Assembly: GCF_000015805.1 (NCBI RefSeq)
Contig: NC_009073.1
Span: forward strand, 150,001-182,000
Length of the DNA: 32,000 nucleotides
DNA from: Pyrobaculum calidifontis JCM 11548
Lineage (GTDB): Archaea; Thermoproteota; Thermoprotei; Thermoproteales; Thermoproteaceae
Direction of reading: 5' to 3'
Every line of letters begins with the position of its first letter. The first letter of the stretch is position 1. The notes beneath the pieces were generated by a model that saw nothing but the letters and a program-made list of their open reading frames with translations, searched no databases and was not told the DNA's origin. This document shows positions 16,354 to 24,173 of this stretch, piece after piece. The translations under genes and the position numbers were made by a program.

Positions 16354-17133
16354 ATGTATGTGTCTTCGGTGTTAGAGGCCGGGGTGGCTGGCAGCCGCTA
16401 CCTCCGCCTACTGCTTAAACAAAACGAAGTCAAGGTAGACGACGCCCTCGGCAAGCTGTACCACCTCCTCGCAGAGCTCGGCTACTTCGTGAAGAGAGGC
16501 GACAAGTACAGGAGGACTAACAAGGCGCCTCCGCCTATCCCAAGCAAAGTCCTCGGCGCAATCTTCGACGACGTGATTGTGCCCCACCTCCTGGGAGAAG
16601 GCGTCAGGCCGAGCCACGAGACGCTGTTCGCCGCAACTGCGATATTCCAAGGCCTGAGGGCCAGGGCGGCGGGCAAGCTGGGAAAAATGCCCCTCGTGCT
16701 AGTGGCCGGCTGGCTCCCCTGCGGCTTTTCCACAGAGGTGGCCGCCGCCACGGGGGCCGACATCGTGATATTAGACGAGAACTGGGAAGTGTTGGCCCTT
16801 GAGGAGGAGAGAGTGTCAATACTGCCCCTAGAGCTTGAAAGAGTGCTAGAGCCCGTATCGCCGTCCCTCTTCATAGCCTTCGAAGTGGGGAGGCTAGAGG
16901 ACTTGGCCTTAGACAAGTATGGAAAATTCTCAGCCGCAGTTATCTGCCACAGAGGGGTAGACGCGAAGAGAGCCAGAGAAGTGGCAGAGAAAGTCTACAA
17001 AGTACGCTTCCTCGGCGCCCTGGGCCTCTTCGCAGACCTCCTCGCAGAGGCGCTCGGATTAGGCCAAGTGGGCGAATGCGCCGGCAAAATATACTACAAA
17101 GACGCAGACCTCTGTATAATGGATGCCACGTAG
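16354..17133 (+). CDS. Hypothetical protein: N-terminal wHTH-like segment plus a Rossmann/class-I-methyltransferase-like domain with a degenerate glycine loop
   Basis: ATG at 16354 (MYVSSVLEAG...) is preferred to the track's 16324 on TATA spacing. LGKLYHLLAELGYFVKRGDKYRRT resembles a winged-helix recognition unit. PLVLVAGWLPCGFSTEVAAATGADIVILDENWEVL resembles MTase motifs I/II, but the GxGxG loop is not canonical. Confidence 0.62.
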   Translation: MYVSSVLEAGVAGSRYLRLLLKQNEVKVDDALGKLYHLLAELGYFVKRGDKYRRTNKAPPPIPSKVLGAIFDDVIVPHLLGEGVRPSHETLFAATAIFQGLRARAAGKLGKMPLVLVAGWLPCGFSTEVAAATGADIVILDENWEVLALEEERVSILPLELERVLEPVSPSLFIAFEVGRLEDLALDKYGKFSAAVICHRGVDAKRAREVAEKVYKVRFLGALGLFADLLAEALGLGQVGECAGKIYYKDADLCIMDAT

Positions 17134-17611
17134 AAAATATGCAGTGTCTTTCCTCGGGGTGGGTGGAGTGGGCAAGACTACTTACATATACCGCCTGTTG
17201 GGCCTTTCTAAAGAGCCTAGGGTGACGAGGAGGCCGCGGTTCTACGTGCTGAGGGTTGGGGACATGGAGCTCTTCTTGCTAGACGCCCCAGGGCAGTACG
17301 CAGCAGAGGTGGCCGCGCTTTACAACGAGGCCGTTAGGAAATACGCCGCGCAGATTGACCTAGTCGCCTACATGTACGACCTCACCGCGCCACACACTTT
17401 AAACGACCTCTTCCAAATAGAGGTAAGACTGGCCTTCAACCCCCGCAAAATCCTGATAGGCAACAAGCGAGACTTGGCAGAAGAATTGGGCATATACACA
17501 GAAGGCGAAGAGGCGGCGAAAGCCCTCGGCGCGACGCGCGTGTACTACGCCTCGGCATTGAAAGACGACCCAAACACCCTCCTCCACATAATACTGGAAA
17601 ATCTACAGTAG
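17123..17611 (+). CDS. Ras-superfamily small GTPase (minimal, 162 aa)
   Basis: All G motifs are present in order: G1 GVGGVGKTT, a switch-I Thr region (VTRRPRF), G3 DAPGQ, G4 GNKRD and G5 SALK. The ATG overlaps the stop of the upstream gene by 11 nt (17123-17133), so the two are co-transcribed. Confidence 0.85.
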   Translation: MPRRKYAVSFLGVGGVGKTTYIYRLLGLSKEPRVTRRPRFYVLRVGDMELFLLDAPGQYAAEVAALYNEAVRKYAAQIDLVAYMYDLTAPHTLNDLFQIEVRLAFNPRKILIGNKRDLAEELGIYTEGEEAAKALGATRVYYASALKDDPNTLLHIILENLQ

Positions 17612-18544
17612 CTGAGTCATCCAGGGGAGGTTGCGCGCCGGCGGCGGCTTCAGCGTCTTCAACATCTGCGCCTCTCTTACGCTCTCCTCCTTACGCCTCC
17701 TCGCCTCCTCATCGCCCTGCGGCCCCGCCGGCAACTCGCTCGGCCTGCCCCCAGACATGTTTACAAATGTAAAATAGCCATCTGCCACAAGCCTCCTGCC
17801 CCTCACCCCGAGGGCCTCCACTGCGAACCCCACTTCAACGCTAGTCCTTCCAACGTACGTGACGCCGGCCCTTATTGAGACAATGTCACCCACGTAGATG
17901 GGCCTTCTAAAAGCCATGCTGTTGACGCTGGCCGTCACATATATGGAGGGGTAGAACCTTAAAGCGGCGATAGACGTCACTTCGTCCAGCCTAAAGAGAA
18001 GCCTCCCCCCGTACATCAACACTCCGTCTAGAGAGTCCTCAGGCATTGCGATAAAGTGGCTCAACGCCTCCCACCCGGGGTCAGCCCTCTCCTCCCTCCT
18101 CAGCGCCTCGTCCACCCTCGCCCGCCACTCCTGGAAGTATTCACACAGCCGCTTAACCTCGCCCGCACATGTAAGCGACTTGCCGACGGGGACGGGCCTC
18201 CCCTCCCCATCCACTTTCACAAAGACCATCCTGCCAACTGTGGCTAAACGCGCCTCGCCGCCCCTAGAGACGTACGCCTCCACAAGGACCCCCATGCTAC
18301 TCCTCCGCACATTGACCACCCACCCCCTGTAAGTCACCAAGTCGCCCAGCCTCACCGGGGAGACAAAATGCGTCTTATCCAAAAACCCCAACACAACGTT
18401 GCCCTCGGCGAACTTCATGGCAGTAATAGACCCGGCGTCCACCAGCCAGTGGAGCATATATCCACCGTATAGATTCCCCAGAGGGTTGACGTGCCGCTGC
18501 GAAACCCACGCCACGTACTCCGTCAAAGTGTCCAACACGTCCAC
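17603..18544 (-). CDS. Acyl-CoA thioesterase, tandem hotdog-fold domains
   Basis: Two repeated hotdog units (HVNPLGNLYGGYMLHWLVDAG...VSPVRLGDLVTYRGWV and MYGGRLLFRLDEVTSIAA...RRPIYVGDIVSIRAGV), as in ACOT/YciA-type thioesterases. GTG start is about 24 nt after GCTTAAATG. 9-nt convergent overlap with the GTPase gene. Confidence 0.85.
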   Translation of the reverse strand: MDVLDTLTEYVAWVSQRHVNPLGNLYGGYMLHWLVDAGSITAMKFAEGNVVLGFLDKTHFVSPVRLGDLVTYRGWVVNVRRSSMGVLVEAYVSRGGEARLATVGRMVFVKVDGEGRPVPVGKSLTCAGEVKRLCEYFQEWRARVDEALRREERADPGWEALSHFIAMPEDSLDGVLMYGGRLLFRLDEVTSIAALRFYPSIYVTASVNSMAFRRPIYVGDIVSIRAGVTYVGRTSVEVGFAVEALGVRGRRLVADGYFTFVNMSGGRPSELPAGPQGDEEARRRKEESVREAQMLKTLKPPPARNLPWMTQLL

Positions 18545-18603
18545 AGACCCCCAAAGCTAGGCGCATTTAAGCTTACCGTCGTAACGATGTCGATGTAAAA
18601 CGG

Positions 18604-18716
18604 TGGAGCCCCGGCCGGGATTCGAACCCGGGACCTCCCGCTGTCTCGGCAGAGTGCCTACGAGGCGGGCGCTTTGGCCCAGCTGACGCTGTCCGACCGG
18701 GCTGAGCTACCGGGGC
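18604..18716 (-). tRNA. tRNA-Thr (anticodon CGT) with a D-arm intron and a canonical 37/38 intron; CCA encoded
   Basis: Minus strand: GCCCCGG TA GCTC AGCCCGGTC G[GACAGCGTCAGCTGGGCCAA]AGC G CCCGC CTCGTA[GGCACTCTGCCGAGAC]A GCGGG AGGTC CCGGG TTCGAAT CCCGG CCGGGGC T CCA. Introns are at 18674-18693 and 18643-18658. TATA-like AAAATTTATTAAG lies about 25-30 nt upstream. Confidence 0.78.
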
Positions 18717-18842
18717 CTGGGCAGTGGTACTACGCTCTTAATAAATTTTTCCGCATAAAAGCCGGGGAACCGCCTTTCATCGGCCCGCACATCTGCGGCA
18801 CTCCGGCGGCACTCAAGAGAATAAGCAGACGCGTTAAAATAT

Positions 18843-19460
18843 TTAACGGGCGACAGCCTTGGCCAACTTCTGCTCGTAGTACTCAACAATCTTCTTTTTC
18901 ACCTCCTCGAAGTGGCTCGGCAACTCCTCCGGCGGCAAGCCGCGTTGTAGATACCGGCTAAACCTGGCCTTATACGCCTCGGGCGCCTCCTCTTTAAGCC
19001 TCTTGGCGTACTCGGCCACGTGCTCTCCCCTTATCCTCTCCTCGCTTGGCACCACCTCCTCTCCATGTGGCACCTCCACCCCTGCGTCGATTACGCCTTT
19101 CATGACTGCGAAGACTCTAGCCCCAGGCGTAGGCCTGTGGAGACCTATGTCTAATATAGCCTCTTTGATGCCCTTGGCCCTTGCCTTGTACCCCACTATT
19201 AGGCCGAGCAGGTATGCCGCAGAGGTGTTGTTCTCGTCGCCCTTCCAGCCGAACTTGGAGAGGACACGTGTGTCAAGTCCCACCACTGTCTCATCGCCAT
19301 GCGGCCTCGCGATAACTATCTGCGCAATTAGGTGCTTATTGGTCTTGCGGACCACTAGGCGGGGCTTCCTCGAGAGGAGGAGCTTCCTCCTCTTCCTATA
19401 GTTCGTAACTCCCTCCCTCCTCCGCCGAAACGGGACCTTATACCTAGCCCCCCTCGCCAT
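18843..19460 (-). CDS. rpl18: 50S ribosomal protein L18 (uL18)
   Basis: [28 protein letters not shown]...[15 protein letters not shown]...[13 protein letters not shown] are archaeal L18/L5e signature blocks. Confidence 0.95.
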
Positions 19461-19461
19461 G

Positions 19462-19905
19462 TTACTTCACAGGCTCCTTCGTCAGCTTGTGCTCATTTAT
19501 GTACGTCTTAAGGTGTCTAAGGTCGCGGAAGTAGTTGCCCTTAACCATTCTATACAACTGGCGCCACGTGGCGGGGTCCAGCTTCCCCTGCCTCTTCAAA
19601 GTGTTTAAAAACCTGCGCATGACCCGCATCTTGTTAACCCAAGCCTCCTCCTCGTCCAGCCTCCTCCCCTTCCTACTGCCCTGGCCCCTCCTCCTACCCT
19701 TCTTCTTCTTCTCGTGCAACTCCCTCCAACGGCCCCTAGAGTTGCCCTTCTCAGGCTCAGCCCAGATAAGGCCCTCGTCTATAAGCGCCCGCACGTCGTC
19801 CTTTGTCACCACCTCCTCCAGCCTGCCGACGGCCTCTGGCGAAATTTTCACCCGGCTAACCCCAACGCCGAGGATCTCCGCAGCCAGCCTCTTAACGTCG
19901 ACCAT
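19462..19905 (-). CDS. rpl19e: 50S ribosomal protein L19e
   Basis: [21 protein letters not shown]...[26 protein letters not shown] is the typical eL19 pattern. 1-nt spacer to the L18 start. Confidence 0.95.
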
Positions 19906-19907
19906 GG

Positions 19908-20360
19908 CTACTGCTGAGGCTGAGCAGTATTTAACTCTTTCTTCAACAACTCCACCACCTCTTTGCCGGGGTTAAGCACGTAGAACCCCAGCTCCCTCGC
20001 CTTTTTCACAATCTCCAGCCTCTTCCTAAGCCCCACAGTCCTCCCAATCCTCACCGCGTGCACCTTGGGGTCCAGACCCGCGAGGTCCTCAGGCCTGTGG
20101 ACAAGGACTTCCACAAAGCCGCTTGGGTGAAGGCCGCGCACGGCGGCCGGCTTCCTGTAGCCCACCTCCACGGGCTTCGGCCACCCCTTCCACTTCCTCC
20201 TAATCTTGTTGTCTAAAGTCCTCTGATTCCTCCACCCGCTGTCCTCAATACGCTTGTACCTCCACTGGTCAATCCGGACAAACTCCGGCTTCCTCCGCTT
20301 CATTTGTAACCTCAGCCTCAAAAGCCTCTTAAGTGGCTGAGGAAGCTCCCTCCTAGGCAC
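19908..20360 (-). CDS. rpl32e: 50S ribosomal protein L32e
   Basis: KRRKPEFVRIDQWRYKRIEDSGWRNQRTLDNKIRRKWKGWPKPVEVGYRKP is the eL32 core. The track ORF extends to 20540 and overlaps S8. I place the start at GTG 20360, about 24 nt after TTTAAATAG and downstream of the S8 stop. ATG 20303 is the alternative. Confidence 0.88.
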   Translation of the reverse strand: MPRRELPQPLKRLLRLRLQMKRRKPEFVRIDQWRYKRIEDSGWRNQRTLDNKIRRKWKGWPKPVEVGYRKPAAVRGLHPSGFVEVLVHRPEDLAGLDPKVHAVRIGRTVGLRKRLEIVKKARELGFYVLNPGKEVVELLKKELNTAQPQQ

Positions 20361-20410
20361 GACTACCAAACTACGCCCCCTATTTAAACTTAAAGCCGCA
20401 AAAGGCGGCC

Positions 20411-20803
20411 CTAGTAGACGTAGGCCAAAAGGACGCCGCCAATCTTCTTCTCCTTTGCCTCCAAGTGCGACATCACTCCCTGGCTCGTAGAAATCACCAA
20501 GATGCCGATCTGCCTCGCTGGGAGGTACTTCTGTTCCCACTCCACGATCTCTCTGTACTTCACCGGGAAGCGGGGCCTAATTGCGCCGATGTCGTTGATC
20601 TTGCCGAGAAGCTGAACCACGTACTTCCCACCCCTCCCATCGTCTATGTACTCAATCTCGCCCACATAGCCGTACCTCTGTAACACCCTCAGCGTGTAGT
20701 ATATCAACTTGTTGACTGGCCAAATCACCACCTGCCTCTTGCCCATGGCCTCCGCGTTTTTAATCGCCGTGAGGGCGTTGGAAAGGAGGTCCAACATTAC
20801 CAT
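20411..20803 (-). CDS. rps8: 30S ribosomal protein S8 (uS8)
   Basis: [33 protein letters not shown]...[23 protein letters not shown]...[14 protein letters not shown] are uS8 signature blocks. TATA-like GTTTTTAAAG lies about 24 nt upstream. Confidence 0.95.
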   Translation of the reverse strand: MVMLDLLSNALTAIKNAEAMGKRQVVIWPVNKLIYYTLRVLQRYGYVGEIEYIDDGRGGKYVVQLLGKINDIGAIRPRFPVKYREIVEWEQKYLPARQIGILVISTSQGVMSHLEAKEKKIGGVLLAYVY

Positions 20804-20833
20804 AGGCCCCCGGGAAAGCCCACTTTAAAAACT

Positions 20834-20998
20834 TTAGTAGTACTTCTTAAACCCCAAGACGGGCGCCACCTCTCTAAAACACCTCCTACAGAGGTACAGG
20901 CCGTACTTCCTAATCACAGCCTCCCGCGTCCCACACCTGAGACACCTAATTTTGCTCTTCCCATAGGGCCTCTCCTTAGGCGGCTTTGTAGAAGGCAC
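20834..20998 (-). CDS. rps14: 30S ribosomal protein S14 type Z (uS14), 54 aa
   Basis: Not in the track (<60 aa). My translation from GTG 20998 is (M)[53 protein letters not shown], with the CxxC...CxxC zinc ribbon of archaeal uS14. TTTTTAAA lies about 25 nt upstream. Confidence 0.9.
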   Translation of the reverse strand: MPSTKPPKERPYGKSKIRCLRCGTREAVIRKYGLYLCRRCFREVAPVLGFKKYY

Positions 20999-21029
20999 GA
21001 AGGGGAAAAAGGGCCTCCTTTAAAAATTT

Positions 21030-21929
21030 TTACGACTGGAGAAACAGCTCGAAGTTGCGCTGGAAAATCTCGTCAAGCCTCCCCGTCTGCATGAGGTTCT
21101 CAATGACCTGGTCCACCACCAGCTTCAAGTCCTGCGCGCACTTGGGCATAGCCACGGAGATGTAGCCAGCAGTGCCGGGGATCTCGAAGGAGATCTTCAA
21201 GTCGGGGAACTTCCTCACAAGCGCCGTGGCGATAGACCTGTCCAAGATAATGGCGTCCACGTCCCCCCTCCTCAACACCTCAACCATGTAGGGGTACACC
21301 TTGTCGTACCGCCTCACAGCCGCCTTGCCCGGCTTCTCCAAGTTCTCCGCCGCCCACTCCTCGTGAGTAGTCCCAATTTGAACACCCACAGTCTTGCCGT
21401 AGAGGTCCTCCACCCTATTAATGTCGGTGCGCTTCGCCAAAGTCACAACCACCACCGACTCCAGGTAGTACGGCATGGAGAACTCCAGAACTTTCTCCCT
21501 CTCAGAAGTCCACGTGATGGCACTCAAGGCCAAATCCACGTCGCCGTTCCTCACCGCCTCCAAGAGGCCGGCGAAGCGCATGTCCCTCACCTCCAGCTGA
21601 ACCCCAAGCGCCTTGGCAATCTCCCTGGCTATGTCTATGTCCCACCCCACTATCTCGTTCCCCCTAACCCACTCCCAAGGCGGCCACGTGGCGTCTGTGC
21701 CAAGGATAAGCTTCCCCCGCTTCTTGATAACGTCCACAGAGACGGGGCACTGAGACGCGGCCTGAGGCGTCGTTGAAGGAGCAGTGGCTGTGGCAGTCGC
21801 CGGCGCAGTGGTGGCCGTCTGCGCCGGAGCTTGAGGAGTAGTTGCTTGAGGCGCGGTATATACGCCCAAGAGGTATCCCAACAACAAGCCAACCACCAAC
21901 GCCACTATTGACGCCACTACGCTTTTCAT
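21030..21929 (-). CDS. ABC-transporter solute-binding protein, family 3 (polar amino-acid type), membrane-anchored
   Basis: Start at ATG 21929 (MKSVVASIVALVVGLLLG..., a TM anchor) about 22 nt after TTTATAAA; the track's 22046 start is rejected. A Thr/Pro/Ala-rich linker is followed by KLILGTDATWPPWEW...GWDIDIAREIAKALG...LSAITWTSEREKV, typical of SBP_bac_3. No permease or ATPase gene is adjacent in this window. Confidence 0.85.
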   Translation of the reverse strand: MKSVVASIVALVVGLLLGYLLGVYTAPQATTPQAPAQTATTAPATATATAPSTTPQAASQCPVSVDVIKKRGKLILGTDATWPPWEWVRGNEIVGWDIDIAREIAKALGVQLEVRDMRFAGLLEAVRNGDVDLALSAITWTSEREKVLEFSMPYYLESVVVVTLAKRTDINRVEDLYGKTVGVQIGTTHEEWAAENLEKPGKAAVRRYDKVYPYMVEVLRRGDVDAIILDRSIATALVRKFPDLKISFEIPGTAGYISVAMPKCAQDLKLVVDQVIENLMQTGRLDEIFQRNFELFLQS

Positions 21930-21970
21930 GGCAATACACTTAGCTGGGTTTATAAAGATGGAGTCGCCAC

Positions 21971-22792
21971 CTATGGGAGAGTGATATTCGCAGAAACGCC
22001 GTCTACCACAGCCGTCAACGTTGCGGGCGAGCCCGGCAGGGGGCACGTAAGCGCCGCAACTTCACCCGCCTTCAAAGCCCTTGTACACGCCGTCACGTCG
22101 CCGCTGGCGGCTATGCGTAGCTCCACCTCCGCGTCGCGCTTAGCCGCGGCGACGACTGTGACGAAATCTCCGCCAATCCGCACGGCCTCCAGCCTGACCC
22201 CCTCCACCACTTCGACCTTCAGCGACTCATAGAGCGCGTTGAACCACGCCGACCTGTTAAACACGGGCTCAAACCTGTATACCACAAACGAAGAGTCGGG
22301 CCCAGAGGAAGAGGAGACGTAGCCCCACCGCTTGTCTAGGCAAAACTCCTCCCTCCAAGCCCCACTTGCGACGTAGCAGACCTTCCCAGCGGTCTCGTTC
22401 AACTTTTTATAGCTACCCGGAGGCACCGACCTGAGTTTGTCTATGAGGTCGGCCAAAGTGGCGCGCGACGAGAAGCAGTCGAGCCCCCTGCCGCCCGCCT
22501 CACACGTCCTCTCGTACCCAATCTCTCTGTCAAACACCACGACAAGCCTCTTGCCGCGGTACACAAACTCGCCATAGCCGCGCCTGTCCTTTCCCTCAAC
22601 TGTCACATACATGTCGAAGAACCCATACTTGCCCCAAACCCGCGCCCAGGCAGAAAAGTCGCTGGGCATCCCCTCGAGGCGGAGGAAAACCTCGTACTCA
22701 GCCAATCTCTCAAAGACGGGGCCAAGAAATAAGAAGAGAAAAACCGCGGCGACAGCTATGGTCACGACGCGCCTCATTAGGCGTTGCGGCAT
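21971..22792 (-). CDS. Hypothetical membrane-anchored/secreted protein
   Basis: 273-aa ORF with an N-terminal hydrophobic anchor (VVTIAVAAVFLFLFLGPVF) and host-like codon usage. No recognisable family. Confidence 0.6.
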   Translation of the reverse strand: MPQRLMRRVVTIAVAAVFLFLFLGPVFERLAEYEVFLRLEGMPSDFSAWARVWGKYGFFDMYVTVEGKDRRGYGEFVYRGKRLVVVFDREIGYERTCEAGGRGLDCFSSRATLADLIDKLRSVPPGSYKKLNETAGKVCYVASGAWREEFCLDKRWGYVSSSSGPDSSFVVYRFEPVFNRSAWFNALYESLKVEVVEGVRLEAVRIGGDFVTVVAAAKRDAEVELRIAASGDVTACTRALKAGEVAALTCPLPGSPATLTAVVDGVSANITLP

Positions 22793-22949
22793 ATCTAGAG
22801 GTGGAGACCTCCAGTGGGTACTTCAAACGACAAGGGCACCCACGGGTGTAGCCCAATCCACTTCTTTATCCCATTGTAACCCACGCCGAGCCCCATTGTG
22901 TAGCTAACGCCGTTGTAGTAGTGCCATCCTCTTGTGGCATTTGTGCACA

Positions 22950-23141
22950 CTATGTCCCAGAGGAAAACCCCCTCTCATTGCTGGTCCACAAATCTGCGCC
23001 AACAACCCCGTTAGAGGCCAAAAGGTCTTCGCCGGTGTAGTTGCCGCCTGGCGCCTTTGCCGACACTAGCAAAACGGATATTATGACAACTATAAGGTAT
23101 ATAAATATTTTTAGAAGTTTTAGTTTTCCTTCTGAGGACAT
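22950..23141 (-). CDS. Small secreted/membrane protein, possibly the 5' part of a frameshifted gene
   Basis: ATG 23141 (MSSEGKLKLLKIFIYLIVVIISVLLVSAKAPGG...) about 15-20 nt after TATATAAAT. The frame ends at 22950, just after a G5T4 run. A protein-like frame continues to 22795 in another frame (see findings). Confidence 0.45.
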   Translation of the reverse strand: MSSEGKLKLLKIFIYLIVVIISVLLVSAKAPGGNYTGEDLLASNGVVGADLWTSNERGFSSGT

Positions 23142-23178
23142 GAGGGTTAAATTTATATAGTTTTTAAATTTTTCGCTT

Positions 23179-23928
23179 ATGAAAGAGCTACGGCCCGTAC
23201 TTCGACCCTCTCCGCTACTTCGTCTCACGCGTCAGATATCAGCAAGTTTCACTAGGGCTCTGCCGGGCGCGGGCATTCACCAGCATGTAGTAGTTTCTTT
23301 TTCAGAGTGGCGTCTGATTAGTGAAATACTATCTCTGATTGGCGGAGTGCTTTTACTTCTGACGTCGGTGTACTTTTTTACGCTTTTGCTGTCTTCTCCC
23401 GACGCTCGGTCGAACCTCGCTGTGCTCGGCTTTGTGGGCCTTCTCTTTCTGTTGGGTATTGGCTTGGCGGTATTTTCTGTCAGCCACCTCAAAGATGTAG
23501 TAAGGTTGTGGTGGTGTGGGAGAAAGTTGGTAAAGAGCGACGACTTTGGCGGTCTTCTGTGTAGGCCCGGCCGCATAAGGTTTTGGAGGACGACAAAGGG
23601 GACTGAGTTCACTGAGTTTGAGCCGTCTGGTGACCCCCGTCTTGGCCCTCCGGAGCCCGGCCCCTACTACTTCAACCGCTCCAGTGGCGGCTTCGTCTAT
23701 GGGTGCCGCGTGGAGGAGGGGCCCTGCCGGGGCCTCCTCTTGGCCGTCTTTGACCCCTCTAAGGCGTGTTCTCTCCAGGGCGAGGTCTCTGCCTCGAGTA
23801 AGGAGGGCGACTGGGCTAGGGGGGTGGTTGAGCCGGCTGGGCCGGGGCTTGTGAGAGCTAGACTGGAGTGCAACCTCGTCAGAGCAAGGGGGCGAGGCTT
23901 GTGCTATATGAGTATCCGTATGAGGTAG
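23179..23928 (+). CDS. Hypothetical membrane protein (two predicted TM helices)
   Basis: 249-aa ORF. Hydrophobic stretches ILSLIGGVLLLLTSVYFFTLLL and LAVLGFVGLLFLLGIGLAVFSV. The C-terminal half is Gly/Pro/Arg-rich. No family recognised; start uncertain. Confidence 0.5.
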   Translation: MKELRPVLRPSPLLRLTRQISASFTRALPGAGIHQHVVVSFSEWRLISEILSLIGGVLLLLTSVYFFTLLLSSPDARSNLAVLGFVGLLFLLGIGLAVFSVSHLKDVVRLWWCGRKLVKSDDFGGLLCRPGRIRFWRTTKGTEFTEFEPSGDPRLGPPEPGPYYFNRSSGGFVYGCRVEEGPCRGLLLAVFDPSKACSLQGEVSASSKEGDWARGVVEPAGPGLVRARLECNLVRARGRGLCYMSIRMR

Positions 23929-24173
23929 AGCTGGTTTCGTGCAGGGAGAGCGGCGCGGTGGAGGCCGTGGTGGATTTGCGCGGTTTTGAGAAGCCTGTGT
24001 TCGTAGTAGGCGCCGGTGAGATAAGCATAGACAGTATTAAGGAGTTGACGGAGACGAAAATCGCCGGGCTTTGCGCCAGCATCTACATGAGGCTCGTCTT
24101 AGATAAACCCCACGCCGTAGACGTAGAGGCCAAAAAACGCATCTCCCCTGTTAATGTGCCACAACAGACATAG
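23868..24173 (+). CDS. Hypothetical protein (about 100 aa)
   Basis: GTG-initiated ORF overlapping the previous ORF by 61 nt in another frame. The segment LVLYEYPYEVELVSCRESGAVEAVVDLRGFEKPVFVVGAGEISIDSIKEL looks protein-like. Start uncertain. Confidence 0.42.
   Translation: MQPRQSKGARLVLYEYPYEVELVSCRESGAVEAVVDLRGFEKPVFVVGAGEISIDSIKELTETKIAGLCASIYMRLVLDKPHAVDVEAKKRISPVNVPQQT

Noticed and set aside
20361-20540. N-terminal extension of the L32e ORF to 20540
   Set aside because: It would overlap the S8 coding sequence by 130 nt and adds non-conserved sequence. A GTG at 20360 with a TATA-like box about 24 nt upstream, downstream of the S8 stop, gives a normal-length eL32.
21930-22046. Longer start for the solute-binding protein (track ATG 22046)
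   Set aside because: The extension overlaps the 3' end of the upstream gene and precedes the obvious TM anchor. ATG 21929 has a TTTATAAA box about 22 nt upstream.
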